Virus record (IMG/VR): IMGVR_UViG_3300028591_000074 | Span: 64,001-128,000 of that record | Origin: a virus | Lineage: Duplodnaviria; Caudoviricetes | Strand: one strand, 5' to 3' | Length of the DNA: 64,000 nucleotides | Part shown: piece by piece, positions 26,715 through 37,824 of the stretch | Layout: every line of letters begins with the position of its first letter | Numbering within the stretch: position 1 is the first letter of the stretch | Position numbers and translations under genes: made by a program | The notes under the pieces: generated by a model | Told to the model about the DNA's origin: nothing | Seen by the model: only the letters and a program-made list of their open reading frames with translations | Database searches by the model: none

Positions 26715-27965
26715 TTATGTTACATTATCTAACCAATATATCTTTGAATATTTCCAAAGTAGCTTACACTTTTTAGCATTTACTTTCTTACAATGCTTTG
26801 TTAGACTTTGGAAATTCAATGCATTTAATTCTGGATAAAGAGCTGTTACATAACCTCTATGTGTTTCTCCATTCCTAAACGTATATTCAACTAAATCTCT
26901 ATGCTTTATTCCAAGTACATTATCTGTTTTTGCTTTACTCTGTCTACGCATAGGTTTAATAGTCCATTCTTTTACTTCCGTAGTATCCGGTTTCAAATCT
27001 GTAATACAAATTGCATCATTTGAATGAGATTTTTCTATATCCCAGTCAATACGTTTATTTGATGTATCACCACCAGAAGTTAAATGCAAGATGCCCAATT
27101 CTGATAATTGCTCTCTTAACCAATGTTTTCCTATCATTACATGACTTGCGTAGTTAAGGTTTTTGGTATCAGAAGAATTGAGCAGATCAAAATAGTGCTG
27201 CATATATTGTTCTTCTTTGCCTTCGGTCTTTTGATGGCATTTTTTGCAAAGACTTATCAAATTCCCTAACGTATTAGAGCCATTCCTTCTGCGTGGGTTT
27301 ATATGATGTACTTCTAATTTTGTATTTGTCTTTCCGCATTCCATACATTTACATCCATCACGCAGAATTACAGCTTTACGTATGTTCTCATCTAAACGAT
27401 TTGATTTTTGATACTGCCAATTATAAGGCTTATAGTCATCCGTTAAGGCCCTTATATCTATTGCAACATCTTCAAGCCAATAATTTGTAGTGTTAATCCA
27501 CTTGTTTAAGTGATATATTACTCGCATAGTGGCTTGTCGTTTTTGTAAGATACTTGGTGCTATTCTGCCTTTTCGCATAGATGAAGATCGGTTATTAAAC
27601 CTTGCTTTACGATGTCTCTTTTGTTGTCTGTGGTATCTGCGATAACTTTTACGAACATCCATAAGATACTTTATGTCATTACGCTGCTCTATTGTTCCTT
27701 TGAAAAGCACTTTATTTTTGGTCTGACATTTTTGTACAAGGGCAATACCCGTATGTAAACCTCCATCATCAATGCCACATCTTACTTCATCTTTACACAA
27801 TTCATCATCTGAAATTACTCGGTTAAGCTGTATCACCATTGGGTATTTTGCTACAAGTTTGGCTTTACCCTTGCGTATCATATACCACGCTTTTGTTTCT
27901 TTCGTTGGACTTAACGGTTTACCGTTAGCATCCAACACAAATGAATAATTTGTCATTTCTGACAC
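26715..27965 (-). CDS. iscB: IscB RNA-guided endonuclease (RRXRR/RuvC/HNH)
   Basis: PLSP N-terminal motif, GIDDG RuvC-I, Arg-rich bridge helix, LEDV, HH...N...CKKCH HNH, SHSNDA RuvC-III. Confidence 0.92.
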   Translation of the reverse strand: MSEMTNYSFVLDANGKPLSPTKETKAWYMIRKGKAKLVAKYPMVIQLNRVISDDELCKDEVRCGIDDGGLHTGIALVQKCQTKNKVLFKGTIEQRNDIKYLMDVRKSYRRYHRQQKRHRKARFNNRSSSMRKGRIAPSILQKRQATMRVIYHLNKWINTTNYWLEDVAIDIRALTDDYKPYNWQYQKSNRLDENIRKAVILRDGCKCMECGKTNTKLEVHHINPRRRNGSNTLGNLISLCKKCHQKTEGKEEQYMQHYFDLLNSSDTKNLNYASHVMIGKHWLREQLSELGILHLTSGGDTSNKRIDWDIEKSHSNDAICITDLKPDTTEVKEWTIKPMRRQSKAKTDNVLGIKHRDLVEYTFRNGETHRGYVTALYPELNALNFQSLTKHCKKVNAKKCKLLWKYSKIYWLDNVT

Positions 27966-27969
27966 CTTC

Positions 27970-28235
27970 CTTTTGGAGAATTGCTCCTCGTGCCAATGAC
28001 AGAGAGAAGTATATATGTTTCGCTGTTTTCACCGCAGGACATTAGCGGTGTTTCTTGCTTGGCAATCACAGAGCAACGGACTGAGAATACATCCGATGGT
28101 GTGTCTTTAACTTATCTCTCTATCGTAGTTCATCGTGCAGAATAACTTTCGTCATCAGCACTCACTTAGGCTCGAAACCTGCTGTTAAGTCCATACTTAA
28201 AAGGCTAATGTGTCCACTTTTTAGTATGTTTGAAC
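27970..28235 (-). ncRNA. omegaRNA (HEARO-type)
   Basis: Structured non-coding region directly upstream of iscB with gagcctaag, ctacg, acacc..cggatg...cagtccg..gctctg and cattggc.cgagg elements. Confidence 0.8.
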
Positions 28236-28259
28236 ATATATAACTATGTTTTTAGTTAC

Positions 28260-29297
28260 TTAACAGTGAGTCCCCCAACTTATATCAAATATTGCAACTT
28301 GTCGGTTATTTTCATAAAAACGATCTAAATTTACTTCTTCGCACTTTCTAATAAATTCTGCGTTATAACCATCATCACACAATTTATCTATTACATCTTG
28401 ATAATGGATATATGTACGAATTTTATATTTTCCATGATTTATAGCTTCATGAATCTGTCCATAAATGTGATTTAACTCATCCATTGCATCTTTATTGTCA
28501 ATAACACCATTTGTATTATCTGTAAGTTGTTTAGCTTCATCTGCCTTAATTGGTCTAAACGTCATTTTATTCATAATTACTTCTCCAATTCTTCTGAAAT
28601 TTCATCAACTGTAATAGTTCCAGTGGTGTAATAGATTATATGTCTTTTTCCACTTTCATCATCGAATAAAACTTTATCTGCATCATGTTCAACATCAAAT
28701 TTTCCACGGTAAGTAACTATTACATCACCATTCATATCATATACATTTACTTCCCGTGTAATACCACCATTGAAATTAGATTCTTGTGACTTCATTGCAC
28801 GTTTGCCACGTTCTGTGTGATTGTAGTACCAATTCCCACCAATCCATACGCCAACAATACCAACAATAAAAATTATGATTATTGACAACCCCTTTAACAT
28901 ATCGCCATCATCAATTATACACGCAAATCCATATACAATACATATTGCAAATATTAACGTCAATGACACACATAGAATTATTCCACCAACTGTCATTTCA
29001 TAAATCCTCCAACTGTACTATTTATCTTAGTGACTACAAAACGCTTTAAATCCAGTAAATAACTGTTTTCACCACCAAAGCATGACTGGAATCAAATTTT
29101 GATATATTATCAACTTTAAATCCTAAACTTCTGAAATGCTCTATTGATTTAGATGATATCTGATCCAGCTCAACAAAATTTTCACCGTGTTTCGCTGCCG
29201 ACATAATTTCAGATTCGATATGTTCTACTTCAACATTACACCAATAGTCTTTATTTTCTTCGGTCACTTTTCCAACAGTAGTTGATATATCAAACAA
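28260..29297 (-). CDS. Three hypothetical genes (28260-28574; membrane protein 28577-28996; 29046-29297)
   Basis: ORFs; two hydrophobic helices in 28577-28996. Confidence 0.6.
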
Positions 29298-29390
29298 AAA
29301 ATACCACCCCCAACATAAATTATAACGATTTTAATTGCAAAAACAGATTGCATAGATTCAATTTGGAACGTATGCAATCTGTTTTAATCA

Positions 29391-31262
29391 TTACGCAAGT
29401 TCGACAACAAAATCACCGGATATATCTTTTACACCAGCAAAAATCATCTGAACATTATCAATAGTCATCAGTTGTTTAAATAGCTTAATCATATTTACAT
29501 TATCCAAGTGATCCATTAAATCGTCCACCATAACAATCTTCAATGGTGAATTTGATTTATCAACCAAACTAATCATCAGTGACAATGTATAGAGACATTT
29601 TTCACCACTTGAAAGAAGATTAAACGGAATATAAGAACCGCCTCTCTCAATGCCAAAACTGAAACTATTTGCTTTTGCTTCCAGATTAAATTTAGATTTT
29701 ACAGATTCACCAAACACAGTTTGAATATACGTATTCATCTGTTCTGAAAGATCTGTAAACGGCTTTGTTGCTGAATCATCATTCTGTAATCCATTAACAC
29801 CTGTAAGGTTGATCCAAGATTTATATGCAGCAATCTCACCCTCAGCCTTAAACTTTTCAGATGTCAAAGAATCAATAAGTTCATTGTATCTCTTATTGGC
29901 TTCAATCTTTATAAGGATATCTCGTTTCTCCTTAATCAATGAGTCATAATCTGCATCCGGTTCTTCCACAACAGGTTCTAATCCAACGGATTCCTTTAAT
30001 GTATTGAATTTTTCGTACCTTACACGAATCTTTGCCTGATCTTCCTGCGCACTATAAATATTTTGTTTTATTTTTGTAATATCATCCGAAATCTTACGTG
30101 ATTCCTCTGCAAAAGAATTTAACTCCTTAGTAAGGTCAATTATGGATTCCTCTGCTTCTTTGATATGTTTATTATACTCATCTAATTGCTCTTTATATGA
30201 TTTCAATTTAGATGATATTGTATCACAGGATGTAGATGTAAATGGACACATGCCGTTACTATCAACAATGTCCTGAATGACTTTTTTGGATGCAGTAAGT
30301 TCACTAATATATGACTTCTTTTCTGAAATATCATCTTTGTATGCATCTGAATTGGTTGCAATATTGTGCAACTGGTCTATCTGATTGTCATAGTCCGATT
30401 TAAGCTTATCAACAATATTACTAAATTCAATAAACTTTGGATCGGCTTCTGCACAGCCATGGGAACAATCAGAATATTCATCCAATTTATGTTTTGCAGA
30501 TTCATATTTTTCCAATCGATCAATAGCATCCAAATGGAATTTCCGTTTTTGTTCCAGATCATCAATCTGACTACGAACTTCTGATTCATCCATAGCAACA
30601 TCAATATCGTCATAAAATACTAAAGACTGAACTGTAGATTGCAGACGCTCTAATTCCTTCTTCTTGAAAGATAAGGCATTTTTGAAATATTCATTTGCTT
30701 TCCGAACTTCATCAACACCCGATAACCCATACGAAGTAATTTCCTCTGCACAGGTCTCAATCAAATCTTCATCAATATTATGCAATCCGGACTTAATCAA
30801 ATCTTCTTTAAGCACGATTTTCCAATCAATTTCCATTTCGGAAGATGGAAGAAAATTGATAAACCAATCCTTCAGTTTATTTGCAGTCATATCTACAAAT
30901 TCACTGAAATTAAATATTGGAAGTTCGAGTTCTGATATGATTTCTGCAATATCGTACCCATCCGGTGTAATTTCTACAATGGAATTGATCGTAGATCCAG
31001 ATCCTGTCCAGATTCTGCGAATGGATACACCATCACTTAAATTAAGAGTAACTGCCATAGTATGATTATTCGCATGACGGAATAATTCCGCTTTCGTTTT
31101 AGCAGTACCGGGGATATATCCAAGTAGTGCAAGCTGAATTGCTTGCATAACTGTAGACTTACCAACACCATTTGGACCATGCAAATATGTAAGATTAGAA
31201 ATATCATATGTCTTACGAACTACATTATGCATCCCTTCGATTGTAACAGATACTATTTTCAT
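29391..31262 (-). CDS. SMC/SbcC(Rad50)-like ATPase
   Basis: GPNGVGKST Walker A, coiled coil with CPFT hook-like motif, LSSGEK signature, VMVDD Walker B. Confidence 0.85.
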   Translation of the reverse strand: MKIVSVTIEGMHNVVRKTYDISNLTYLHGPNGVGKSTVMQAIQLALLGYIPGTAKTKAELFRHANNHTMAVTLNLSDGVSIRRIWTGSGSTINSIVEITPDGYDIAEIISELELPIFNFSEFVDMTANKLKDWFINFLPSSEMEIDWKIVLKEDLIKSGLHNIDEDLIETCAEEITSYGLSGVDEVRKANEYFKNALSFKKKELERLQSTVQSLVFYDDIDVAMDESEVRSQIDDLEQKRKFHLDAIDRLEKYESAKHKLDEYSDCSHGCAEADPKFIEFSNIVDKLKSDYDNQIDQLHNIATNSDAYKDDISEKKSYISELTASKKVIQDIVDSNGMCPFTSTSCDTISSKLKSYKEQLDEYNKHIKEAEESIIDLTKELNSFAEESRKISDDITKIKQNIYSAQEDQAKIRVRYEKFNTLKESVGLEPVVEEPDADYDSLIKEKRDILIKIEANKRYNELIDSLTSEKFKAEGEIAAYKSWINLTGVNGLQNDDSATKPFTDLSEQMNTYIQTVFGESVKSKFNLEAKANSFSFGIERGGSYIPFNLLSSGEKCLYTLSLMISLVDKSNSPLKIVMVDDLMDHLDNVNMIKLFKQLMTIDNVQMIFAGVKDISGDFVVELA

Positions 31263-31284
31263 AAAATCTCCCCCAATCTGTAAA

Positions 31285-31569
31285 TTAGTCATCTTCTGAC
31301 GTAGAATCTGATTCATCAGTTCTTAATGATTCTGTCGAATCATTATCAGTTTCCTCAGAAATTCTCTGCGCAAGTTCTCCATCATCTAAAAATAGTGCAA
31401 CATATTTTTCTTTCGTAATAGTAATCAGATATTTATTGTCTGTATCAGATTCAAGGCATCTATGCACCATACCAGTAGGAATCTTGTTATTATTGAATAG
31501 CGCAACCTTTTCAATAACCTTATCACCTACCTGTAAATTAAATGGTAAAACTTCAATGTGGCTTCTCAT
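31285..31569 (-). CDS. Hypothetical protein
   Basis: ORF with SD. Confidence 0.55.
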   Translation of the reverse strand: MRSHIEVLPFNLQVGDKVIEKVALFNNNKIPTGMVHRCLESDTDNKYLITITKEKYVALFLDDGELAQRISEETDNDSTESLRTDESDSTSEDD

Positions 31570-31591
31570 AATATATATACTCCTTTATAAA

Positions 31592-33979
31592 TTATTGTTC
31601 ACCAAATAGATTGAATGTCTTTGGTTTCGTTTTATCTGGTTTACTTAATTTTACAGAATTATCATCTTCAATACTAATATCCGCAGTCATAGCATAGTCA
31701 ATTCTCGCTTTAGAAATCTCAAGATATTCTTCCGACAAATCAATACCAATATATTTATAATTTTTATGTTTTGTACGGTTTTCTAACATAATAGCCTTTC
31801 CGGTACTACCGGAACCGTTGAATGGGTCTAAAATGGTACTTCCTTTGGGCGATACAAGACGAACTAAGTAAGTCATAAGCGAAGTCGGCTTAACTGTAGG
31901 ATGTGTATTCTTTCGTGCTTTTGAACTTCTATTAAATGGAACATCCGCAGAATAACAATCTGGGTTTCTATCACAATCGATTCTTGGGTCAAATACATCC
32001 AACCCTTCATCCCTATCTAACTTACTTGCTTTAGCACAATAGAAGTATCTTGATGCTGAACCACCATTATCGTCATAACCTACCATCTCCCCATGTTTCT
32101 GAGTAATATTTCCCCAACCGTCGTATTTATCAACACTTGAATAGATTCTATGTGGCTTACATCCATCGCTGTCCGGAAATCCACCGCATACTTCATCAAA
32201 ATCAGAATCATCATATGTTAATATTACATTAGCAGGGAAACGGCCATTTGGATTTTGAACAAATGTATTCTCTGTACCATCTTGGAACATACCCAATGAT
32301 TTACCTGTACGATCATCACCGGAGTTTGTTCTAAGTACACCGCCATGTACTAATGTATCATCTGTTGGCACTCTACATTCATCAATATTTATCCCACCAA
32401 CACCATACTTTAATACATTGTCAGTTGTACTACCTTCACATGGTTTACGTGCGACTATCACAGGTTCGAATGCCGGTTTGAGCGCAGTACCCCACCCATT
32501 CCAACGCTTACCTTCTTCTGTTGTATAGTTTACTTTAGTTGTATATCCTTCGCAGCTATCATCATAATTACTACTACGGCATCCTTGATCGAATTGTCGT
32601 TTATTCATCCCCCAACTACCGGATTCAGATTTCTCACCATCAAGATTCTTAAACTCTTGCGTGTTTGCACTACCTGTGGTCAGTTTTGCTTCAACCGCTT
32701 TGCCTATATTCATTGATTTTGGGAATCCACTATTCCCGGAAATAAACGCTTTGCCATTCCGTCTAACCACAAATGCCCCTGTTTCTGTTTGAAGGCAGTA
32801 CACCATCCCTTTATATGGAATATTTGGTTTACAATGTCTTGATTCAGTTTCAGTGCTATTGTGAGCAACATTGAATTCTACACATGACTTAGTTCCATTA
32901 CTTATATATGCACGATAGTTCAAAGATATGCATAATGCTTGAAATATATCAAGCCGTTCTTTATTCGTACTCCAAAAAACCCTAGCATACTGACCATTTC
33001 TATAACTACCATCACCGTCCATAAGACCTTCAAGTAATGCTTTACGTGAACTTATGTCCCAATTTAATACATCCCAAGTCAATACCCTATCATAATAGTT
33101 AGATAATAGTTTATCTGCTAATTCACCAGTAACGTAAAACGTATGTTCATCATTATGTTTTGGGTTGTTGGATTTCTTTATATATTCACTATATTTAATA
33201 TTATGTTCATCGAACCAATTACGGAGTTTATTAAGCGTCTTTGGTTTACTTTGGCTAAACATACATGCTTTTCCATCTTGGTGTCTCCAAGCATCTGTTA
33301 ACCACCATCCTATTATATAAGCATCATCCTCATGGACTGATCCATCAAGTTCACCTGCTAATGGATATGATACAATCCAACTTTTCTTAAAATCTTCTGC
33401 AAGCACAAATTCATAAGGAGTAAACTGTTTCCTGCGTTTCTTGATCTTCGCAACAACCCTATGATTCTTAGTAACTAATTGAGATACATGCCTATTCTCA
33501 AACAAACATAATTCATCATCAATATCATACTCAAAGTAATTCAAAGGGTGTATCCAAGATAATTTGTTCGTATCCTTATCCCATTGCAAAATTTTTTCAG
33601 TATGGTCAAGATCATAAAAATATTTCCAACCGCTATCAGTTAATACCTGTGTATCTTCAGAATAACACCCCAACAGCCACATAATAGTATCTCTAATTTC
33701 AAATCCAGCATCTTCGATTGCACATGCAATTCTGTGGAACGTCCTCGAACCGCCGAATGATAAAATATATCCACCCGGCTTTAATACTTTCAGACATTTC
33801 TCCCAGGTCTCTTTCTGAAATGCAATACCACTTCTGTCCCAACCCTTATTCATAAAATTTAATTCATACGGAGGATCAGTTACTATTGCATCAATAGAAT
33901 TCTCCGGTATTACATCAAGCATATCTAACATGCTACCTTCGTATAATTTATATTGATCTGTTTCTGTGTAAAGTTTCAT
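31592..33979 (-). CDS. Beta-class amino DNA methyltransferase containing an intein
   Basis: TDPPY, HPTVKP and LDPFNGSGST motifs. Confidence 0.9.
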   Translation of the reverse strand: MKLYTETDQYKLYEGSMLDMLDVIPENSIDAIVTDPPYELNFMNKGWDRSGIAFQKETWEKCLKVLKPGGYILSFGGSRTFHRIACAIEDAGFEIRDTIMWLLGCYSEDTQVLTDSGWKYFYDLDHTEKILQWDKDTNKLSWIHPLNYFEYDIDDELCLFENRHVSQLVTKNHRVVAKIKKRRKQFTPYEFVLAEDFKKSWIVSYPLAGELDGSVHEDDAYIIGWWLTDAWRHQDGKACMFSQSKPKTLNKLRNWFDEHNIKYSEYIKKSNNPKHNDEHTFYVTGELADKLLSNYYDRVLTWDVLNWDISSRKALLEGLMDGDGSYRNGQYARVFWSTNKERLDIFQALCISLNYRAYISNGTKSCVEFNVAHNSTETESRHCKPNIPYKGMVYCLQTETGAFVVRRNGKAFISGNSGFPKSMNIGKAVEAKLTTGSANTQEFKNLDGEKSESGSWGMNKRQFDQGCRSSNYDDSCEGYTTKVNYTTEEGKRWNGWGTALKPAFEPVIVARKPCEGSTTDNVLKYGVGGINIDECRVPTDDTLVHGGVLRTNSGDDRTGKSLGMFQDGTENTFVQNPNGRFPANVILTYDDSDFDEVCGGFPDSDGCKPHRIYSSVDKYDGWGNITQKHGEMVGYDDNGGSASRYFYCAKASKLDRDEGLDVFDPRIDCDRNPDCYSADVPFNRSSKARKNTHPTVKPTSLMTYLVRLVSPKGSTILDPFNGSGSTGKAIMLENRTKHKNYKYIGIDLSEEYLEISKARIDYAMTADISIEDDNSVKLSKPDKTKPKTFNLFGEQ
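32732..33667 (-). mobile_element. Intein with LAGLIDADG homing endonuclease (312 aa)
   Basis: G|CYSEDTQVLT ... VYCLQTETGAFVVRRNGKAFISGN|S; LLEGLMDGDG motif. Confidence 0.9.
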
Positions 33980-33990
33980 TAGTTATTACC

Positions 33991-34765
33991 TCAATCAAAC
34001 AATTTATATGGTGGATGTGTATTGTCTATCCTATTTTTGGCTATCTCAAAGTAATCTTTGTCAAGTTCTATACCTATGAAGTTTCTATACAGATTTTTAC
34101 AAGCTACTCCGGTAGTTCCTGATCCCATAAACGGATCTAATACTACATCATCAATATATGTATTCATTTTTATACATCTTTTTGGAAGTTCTTCTGGAAA
34201 TGGGGCAGGATGTCTAAGTATTTGCAAATTATTTTCAGGAGGAAACTCCCAAAGCGCATACGCATATTTGATAAATTTTGATTTTGTAATATCAGTTTTA
34301 CCATCATGTAGTAATTTAGTTTCTTTGTTTGAAAAAAAATAAGTATATGTTCAAACGGTGTAGGGTAACTTGGACTACTTGGGGACATAAAGCTACCCCA
34401 TGCAGTCCTTGCGCTTGTTGTCATCTTGTTCCATATTATGTGTGTAATCGGTATGTATTTAAGATCAACCATTAGTCTTATTATATCGCTACTCGTTGGT
34501 ATAGCACCATTTTTCCATCCCCTATATTTATACAAACTCTACCATCGTCCGACAATTTATTTTTTAATTTACAGAAAATTTCTTTAATCCGTCTTATATA
34601 ACCATAATGATTCTTGTTATCAACATAGCAATTATAACCAAATGTATTATATTTGTTATTACCTAAGTCAACATTGTATGGTGGGCTTGTTATTACGCAG
34701 TTTACTAAGTTATCTTGGATATTATCTACAAGATCAAAACAATCACCTTGCCACAACTCAATCAT
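33991..34765 (-). pseudogene. DNA methyltransferase broken by two homopolymer frameshifts
   Basis: TSPPY, IIWNK and HPAPFP/LDPFMGSGTT motifs lie in three frames; shifts at an A5 run (about 34512) and a T8 run (34332-34339). Confidence 0.8.
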
Positions 34766-34903
34766 TTAACCATAACCCACTTTCCTGTGCCATAATCTCT
34801 AAGACCATAATACGGTGGAGAAGTTACACACATATTTACAGATTCAGAATCTAATGTTATCAATACATCTAAACAATCACCTTGAAGTATTTTCCAGTGA
34901 TAT
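34763..34903 (-). pseudogene. N-terminal remnant of a further methyltransferase
   Basis: Translates WKILQGDCLDVL...CVTSPPYYGLRDYG then stops; no in-frame start. Confidence 0.75.
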
Positions 34904-34922
34904 AATCACAAAATTGACTAAA

Positions 34923-35723
34923 CTATTCAAATAAATTATAATTTGGATAAGTGCTATCCAATCTACTTTTTGCAATATTGCAGTATTCTTCACTTACATC
35001 AAATCCAATATAGTTTCTATGAAGAAGTTTTGCTTCTATAGCAGTTGTTCCAGATCCTAAAAATGGATCAAGCACTAAATCACCACTGTTACTCCATGTT
35101 ATTATATGATCATGTGCAAGTTTTGATGGAAACACAGCAGGATGCCCTGTACGATTATTTTTTTCAGATGGCACATCCCAAACATTAAACCTATTGCCAA
35201 ATTCTCCACATATAGTATTAGTCAAACTCTCAGAACGCCTAACTGTATCCCCATTAGTAGTACGATATGTACCATGTACCTTTGTACCATACCACTTATT
35301 ACGCCTATCAGATATTAGATTAACTGTTTTCGGTTTACCGTTACTAAAAACAAACATGTACTCAAAATTTTGATAATACCGTGTTGCATCTGGTAAGGAT
35401 CCAGAATCCTTAACCCATATCATAGTATCATGAAGATTAAGTCCAATATCTCTGAAATAGATGGCTTGTTTAAAACTTGTACATGTCTCACTTCCGTTTA
35501 CTGTACTATCATTAACTATCCAAACAATAACTCCACCTTGTTTCAGAACACGATATAGTTGTTCCGCAATGGTTTCGAAATCAAATGAATATCCATTATA
35601 TCGACGTAAGTTATCATATGGTGGAGAAGTTACAACAAGATCAATACAATCAGAGGGTAATTGTTTTAATAATTCCGCAGAATCTCCGCATCGTACATAG
35701 TTCATTTCTAACATAGACATCAC
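34923..35723 (-). CDS. N4/N6 DNA methyltransferase
   Basis: TSPPY, HPAVFP and LDPFLGSGTT motifs. Confidence 0.9.
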   Translation of the reverse strand: MMSMLEMNYVRCGDSAELLKQLPSDCIDLVVTSPPYDNLRRYNGYSFDFETIAEQLYRVLKQGGVIVWIVNDSTVNGSETCTSFKQAIYFRDIGLNLHDTMIWVKDSGSLPDATRYYQNFEYMFVFSNGKPKTVNLISDRRNKWYGTKVHGTYRTTNGDTVRRSESLTNTICGEFGNRFNVWDVPSEKNNRTGHPAVFPSKLAHDHIITWSNSGDLVLDPFLGSGTTAIEAKLLHRNYIGFDVSEEYCNIAKSRLDSTYPNYNLFE

Positions 35724-36122
35724 CTATTTAATCCTAACCCACTTTCTTCTTTTCTTCGTAGCCGAAAGAATATATTTATATACACCAGGAACAAGTGTTC
35801 CATGGTTAAAATGTATTTGTCCAATATTATCTACATACGAAAATGCAGTATTCTTGAACTGCGTCATAATTACACAAGATACTATATCTATTAAATCTGT
35901 AGATCTTCTATGATGTGTGTCTGGGAATACTTCCCGTTCTGGATAGAATAGAATTATATCATCAGCATTTGAATATTCCTGTATCCGTTTTTGTTGGTCA
36001 GGGACATCGTATTCTACACCTATGCAAACAACATATTCTATTCTTTTACAATTCTTCCGGCTTGATAATCTTTTTGATATAGCACGAAGTAATTGCATCG
36101 TTAATTTACTATCATTCACCAT
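35724..36122 (-). CDS. Hypothetical protein
   Basis: ORF in an operon. Confidence 0.55.
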   Translation of the reverse strand: MVNDSKLTMQLLRAISKRLSSRKNCKRIEYVVCIGVEYDVPDQQKRIQEYSNADDIILFYPEREVFPDTHHRRSTDLIDIVSCVIMTQFKNTAFSYVDNIGQIHFNHGTLVPGVYKYILSATKKRRKWVRIK

Positions 36123-36133
36123 AAGTCACCATC

Positions 36134-37747
36134 CTACGAATAGATGATTAGATTTTCTTTTGCCCTAGTAATTGCCACATAGTAGCAGTTTTTGTTATCT
36201 TCAGAATCGAGTTTGAACTTTCTGCCATTCACACCGATAACATATACCGTGTCATATTCAAGTCCTTTTACAGAATGAATTGTTCCAACATATACAGAAG
36301 ATTCCTGTTCCGGTCTATGTTCTACTGCAAGTATTATTTGATTTAATAAATCGGATACAGTAGATACTTCTGATAAATCTACAGCAAGATTCGGAAATCC
36401 AAGTACATTTAAAATTGCTTTGCATTTGTTGTCTTTATCCTTATCGCTATTCAAAATACCACGAATCTTATAGATAGATTCGGATCGTACTTTGATTTCA
36501 CGATTTGTATTAAATTGATTTAAGAATAATCGTTCTGTGTATTCCTTCCCCTCAGAAGTAAATATGGTTGACATTCGAATAAACTCTGAATACTGTTCCG
36601 ATGGTAAAAATGTTGCAAGCCAGTTTATCATATATTTACTATCGGATACACTTGGCAACATGAATCTTGCATCAACTTCTTTATGGCTTGTGGAATAAGC
36701 AACACCATTTTTATCCAATTCGTCACGGATGATAGAACACTCAGAATTAGTCCTAGAAATAATGGCAACAGATCCGGTTAGACATTTACATTCCAATGCA
36801 ATCCTCTTATAAATGTCCTTAAACTTAGGGGAATCAGTTAGATAAAAATACTGCCTATGTTCTACAGGTCGTCCAAGTCGTTCTGATTCAATAGGAATAC
36901 GATACGATTCATCTGCGTATCCTGCACTAAATTCATTTGCAAAGTTACAGATTTCTTTAGTTGATCGATAGTTTTCAGACAACCGGATGACTGTCCAATC
37001 CTTATCTACTGCAAGAGATTTTATAATTTCAGGCACTGCACCCCTAAATCGATAAAGACTTTGCAGAGAATCACCTACTACAAAGATATTAGCGGAATCC
37101 GAAAAGGACATAACAAAGTTATGTTGCACCTTATCTGTATCCTGATATTCATCCACATGCAGATATTTTATCATATTTCTATACTTATCTACAATCGGAT
37201 CTTTTGAAATAAATAATTTACATACACCCTGACAAAGTTCATCAAACGTAATGAGATTTTCCTTAACCATCAACCGTTTCCGAAACTTCATAAGAATCTC
37301 ATAATCTTTCTTTTCTTTCATAGATAAAGAAGCTGGATCAGATATTTTTGTTTTTGACAATCGAATACCGGACTGAGTAAGTGCTTCACTTTCAATCCGT
37401 TTCTGCTTATAATCATCTGCAATTGATGGCATAGATGTATAGCCAAGTGCATTACGGACTTTAATATCTTTGGACATTAAATCATAACAATAGCTATGAA
37501 ATGTACGAAACTCAGGTGATTCACCGCTATCGACATATTCCCTATATCGTTCTTTCATCTCAAATGCAGCGGCATTTGTAAATGTCAATGCAAGTATAGA
37601 AGATGGTTCCACACCTCTGTTCACCAATCCGACAATGCGTTCGATAAGTGTTCTGGTTTTTCCAGTTCCTGCACCTGCTAAACACAGAATCTTCGGTGAT
37701 TCTGAATCAACTGCAATCTGTTGTGCTTTGTTAAGAGCATATCGCAT
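36134..37747 (-). CDS. UvrD/PcrA-like SF1 helicase
   Basis: AGAGTGKT, TFTNAAA, VDEYQD, GDSLQSLYRFRGA, NYRS, TIHSVKGLE and YVAITRAK motifs. Confidence 0.92.
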   Translation of the reverse strand: MRYALNKAQQIAVDSESPKILCLAGAGTGKTRTLIERIVGLVNRGVEPSSILALTFTNAAAFEMKERYREYVDSGESPEFRTFHSYCYDLMSKDIKVRNALGYTSMPSIADDYKQKRIESEALTQSGIRLSKTKISDPASLSMKEKKDYEILMKFRKRLMVKENLITFDELCQGVCKLFISKDPIVDKYRNMIKYLHVDEYQDTDKVQHNFVMSFSDSANIFVVGDSLQSLYRFRGAVPEIIKSLAVDKDWTVIRLSENYRSTKEICNFANEFSAGYADESYRIPIESERLGRPVEHRQYFYLTDSPKFKDIYKRIALECKCLTGSVAIISRTNSECSIIRDELDKNGVAYSTSHKEVDARFMLPSVSDSKYMINWLATFLPSEQYSEFIRMSTIFTSEGKEYTERLFLNQFNTNREIKVRSESIYKIRGILNSDKDKDNKCKAILNVLGFPNLAVDLSEVSTVSDLLNQIILAVEHRPEQESSVYVGTIHSVKGLEYDTVYVIGVNGRKFKLDSEDNKNCYYVAITRAKENLIIYS

Positions 37748-37824
37748 ACATCTTACTCCTCATAAAATAAATAGGTGTAGGGAACGAGCCTACACCTATT
37801 ATAACGATTTAAAAAGATAAAATC

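Larger units (their letters stand above)
26690..28255 (-). mobile_element. Non-autonomous IscB (OMEGA) insertion element
   Basis: omegaRNA plus iscB, related AT-rich motifs at both ends, no transposase inside; ends approximate. Confidence 0.75.
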
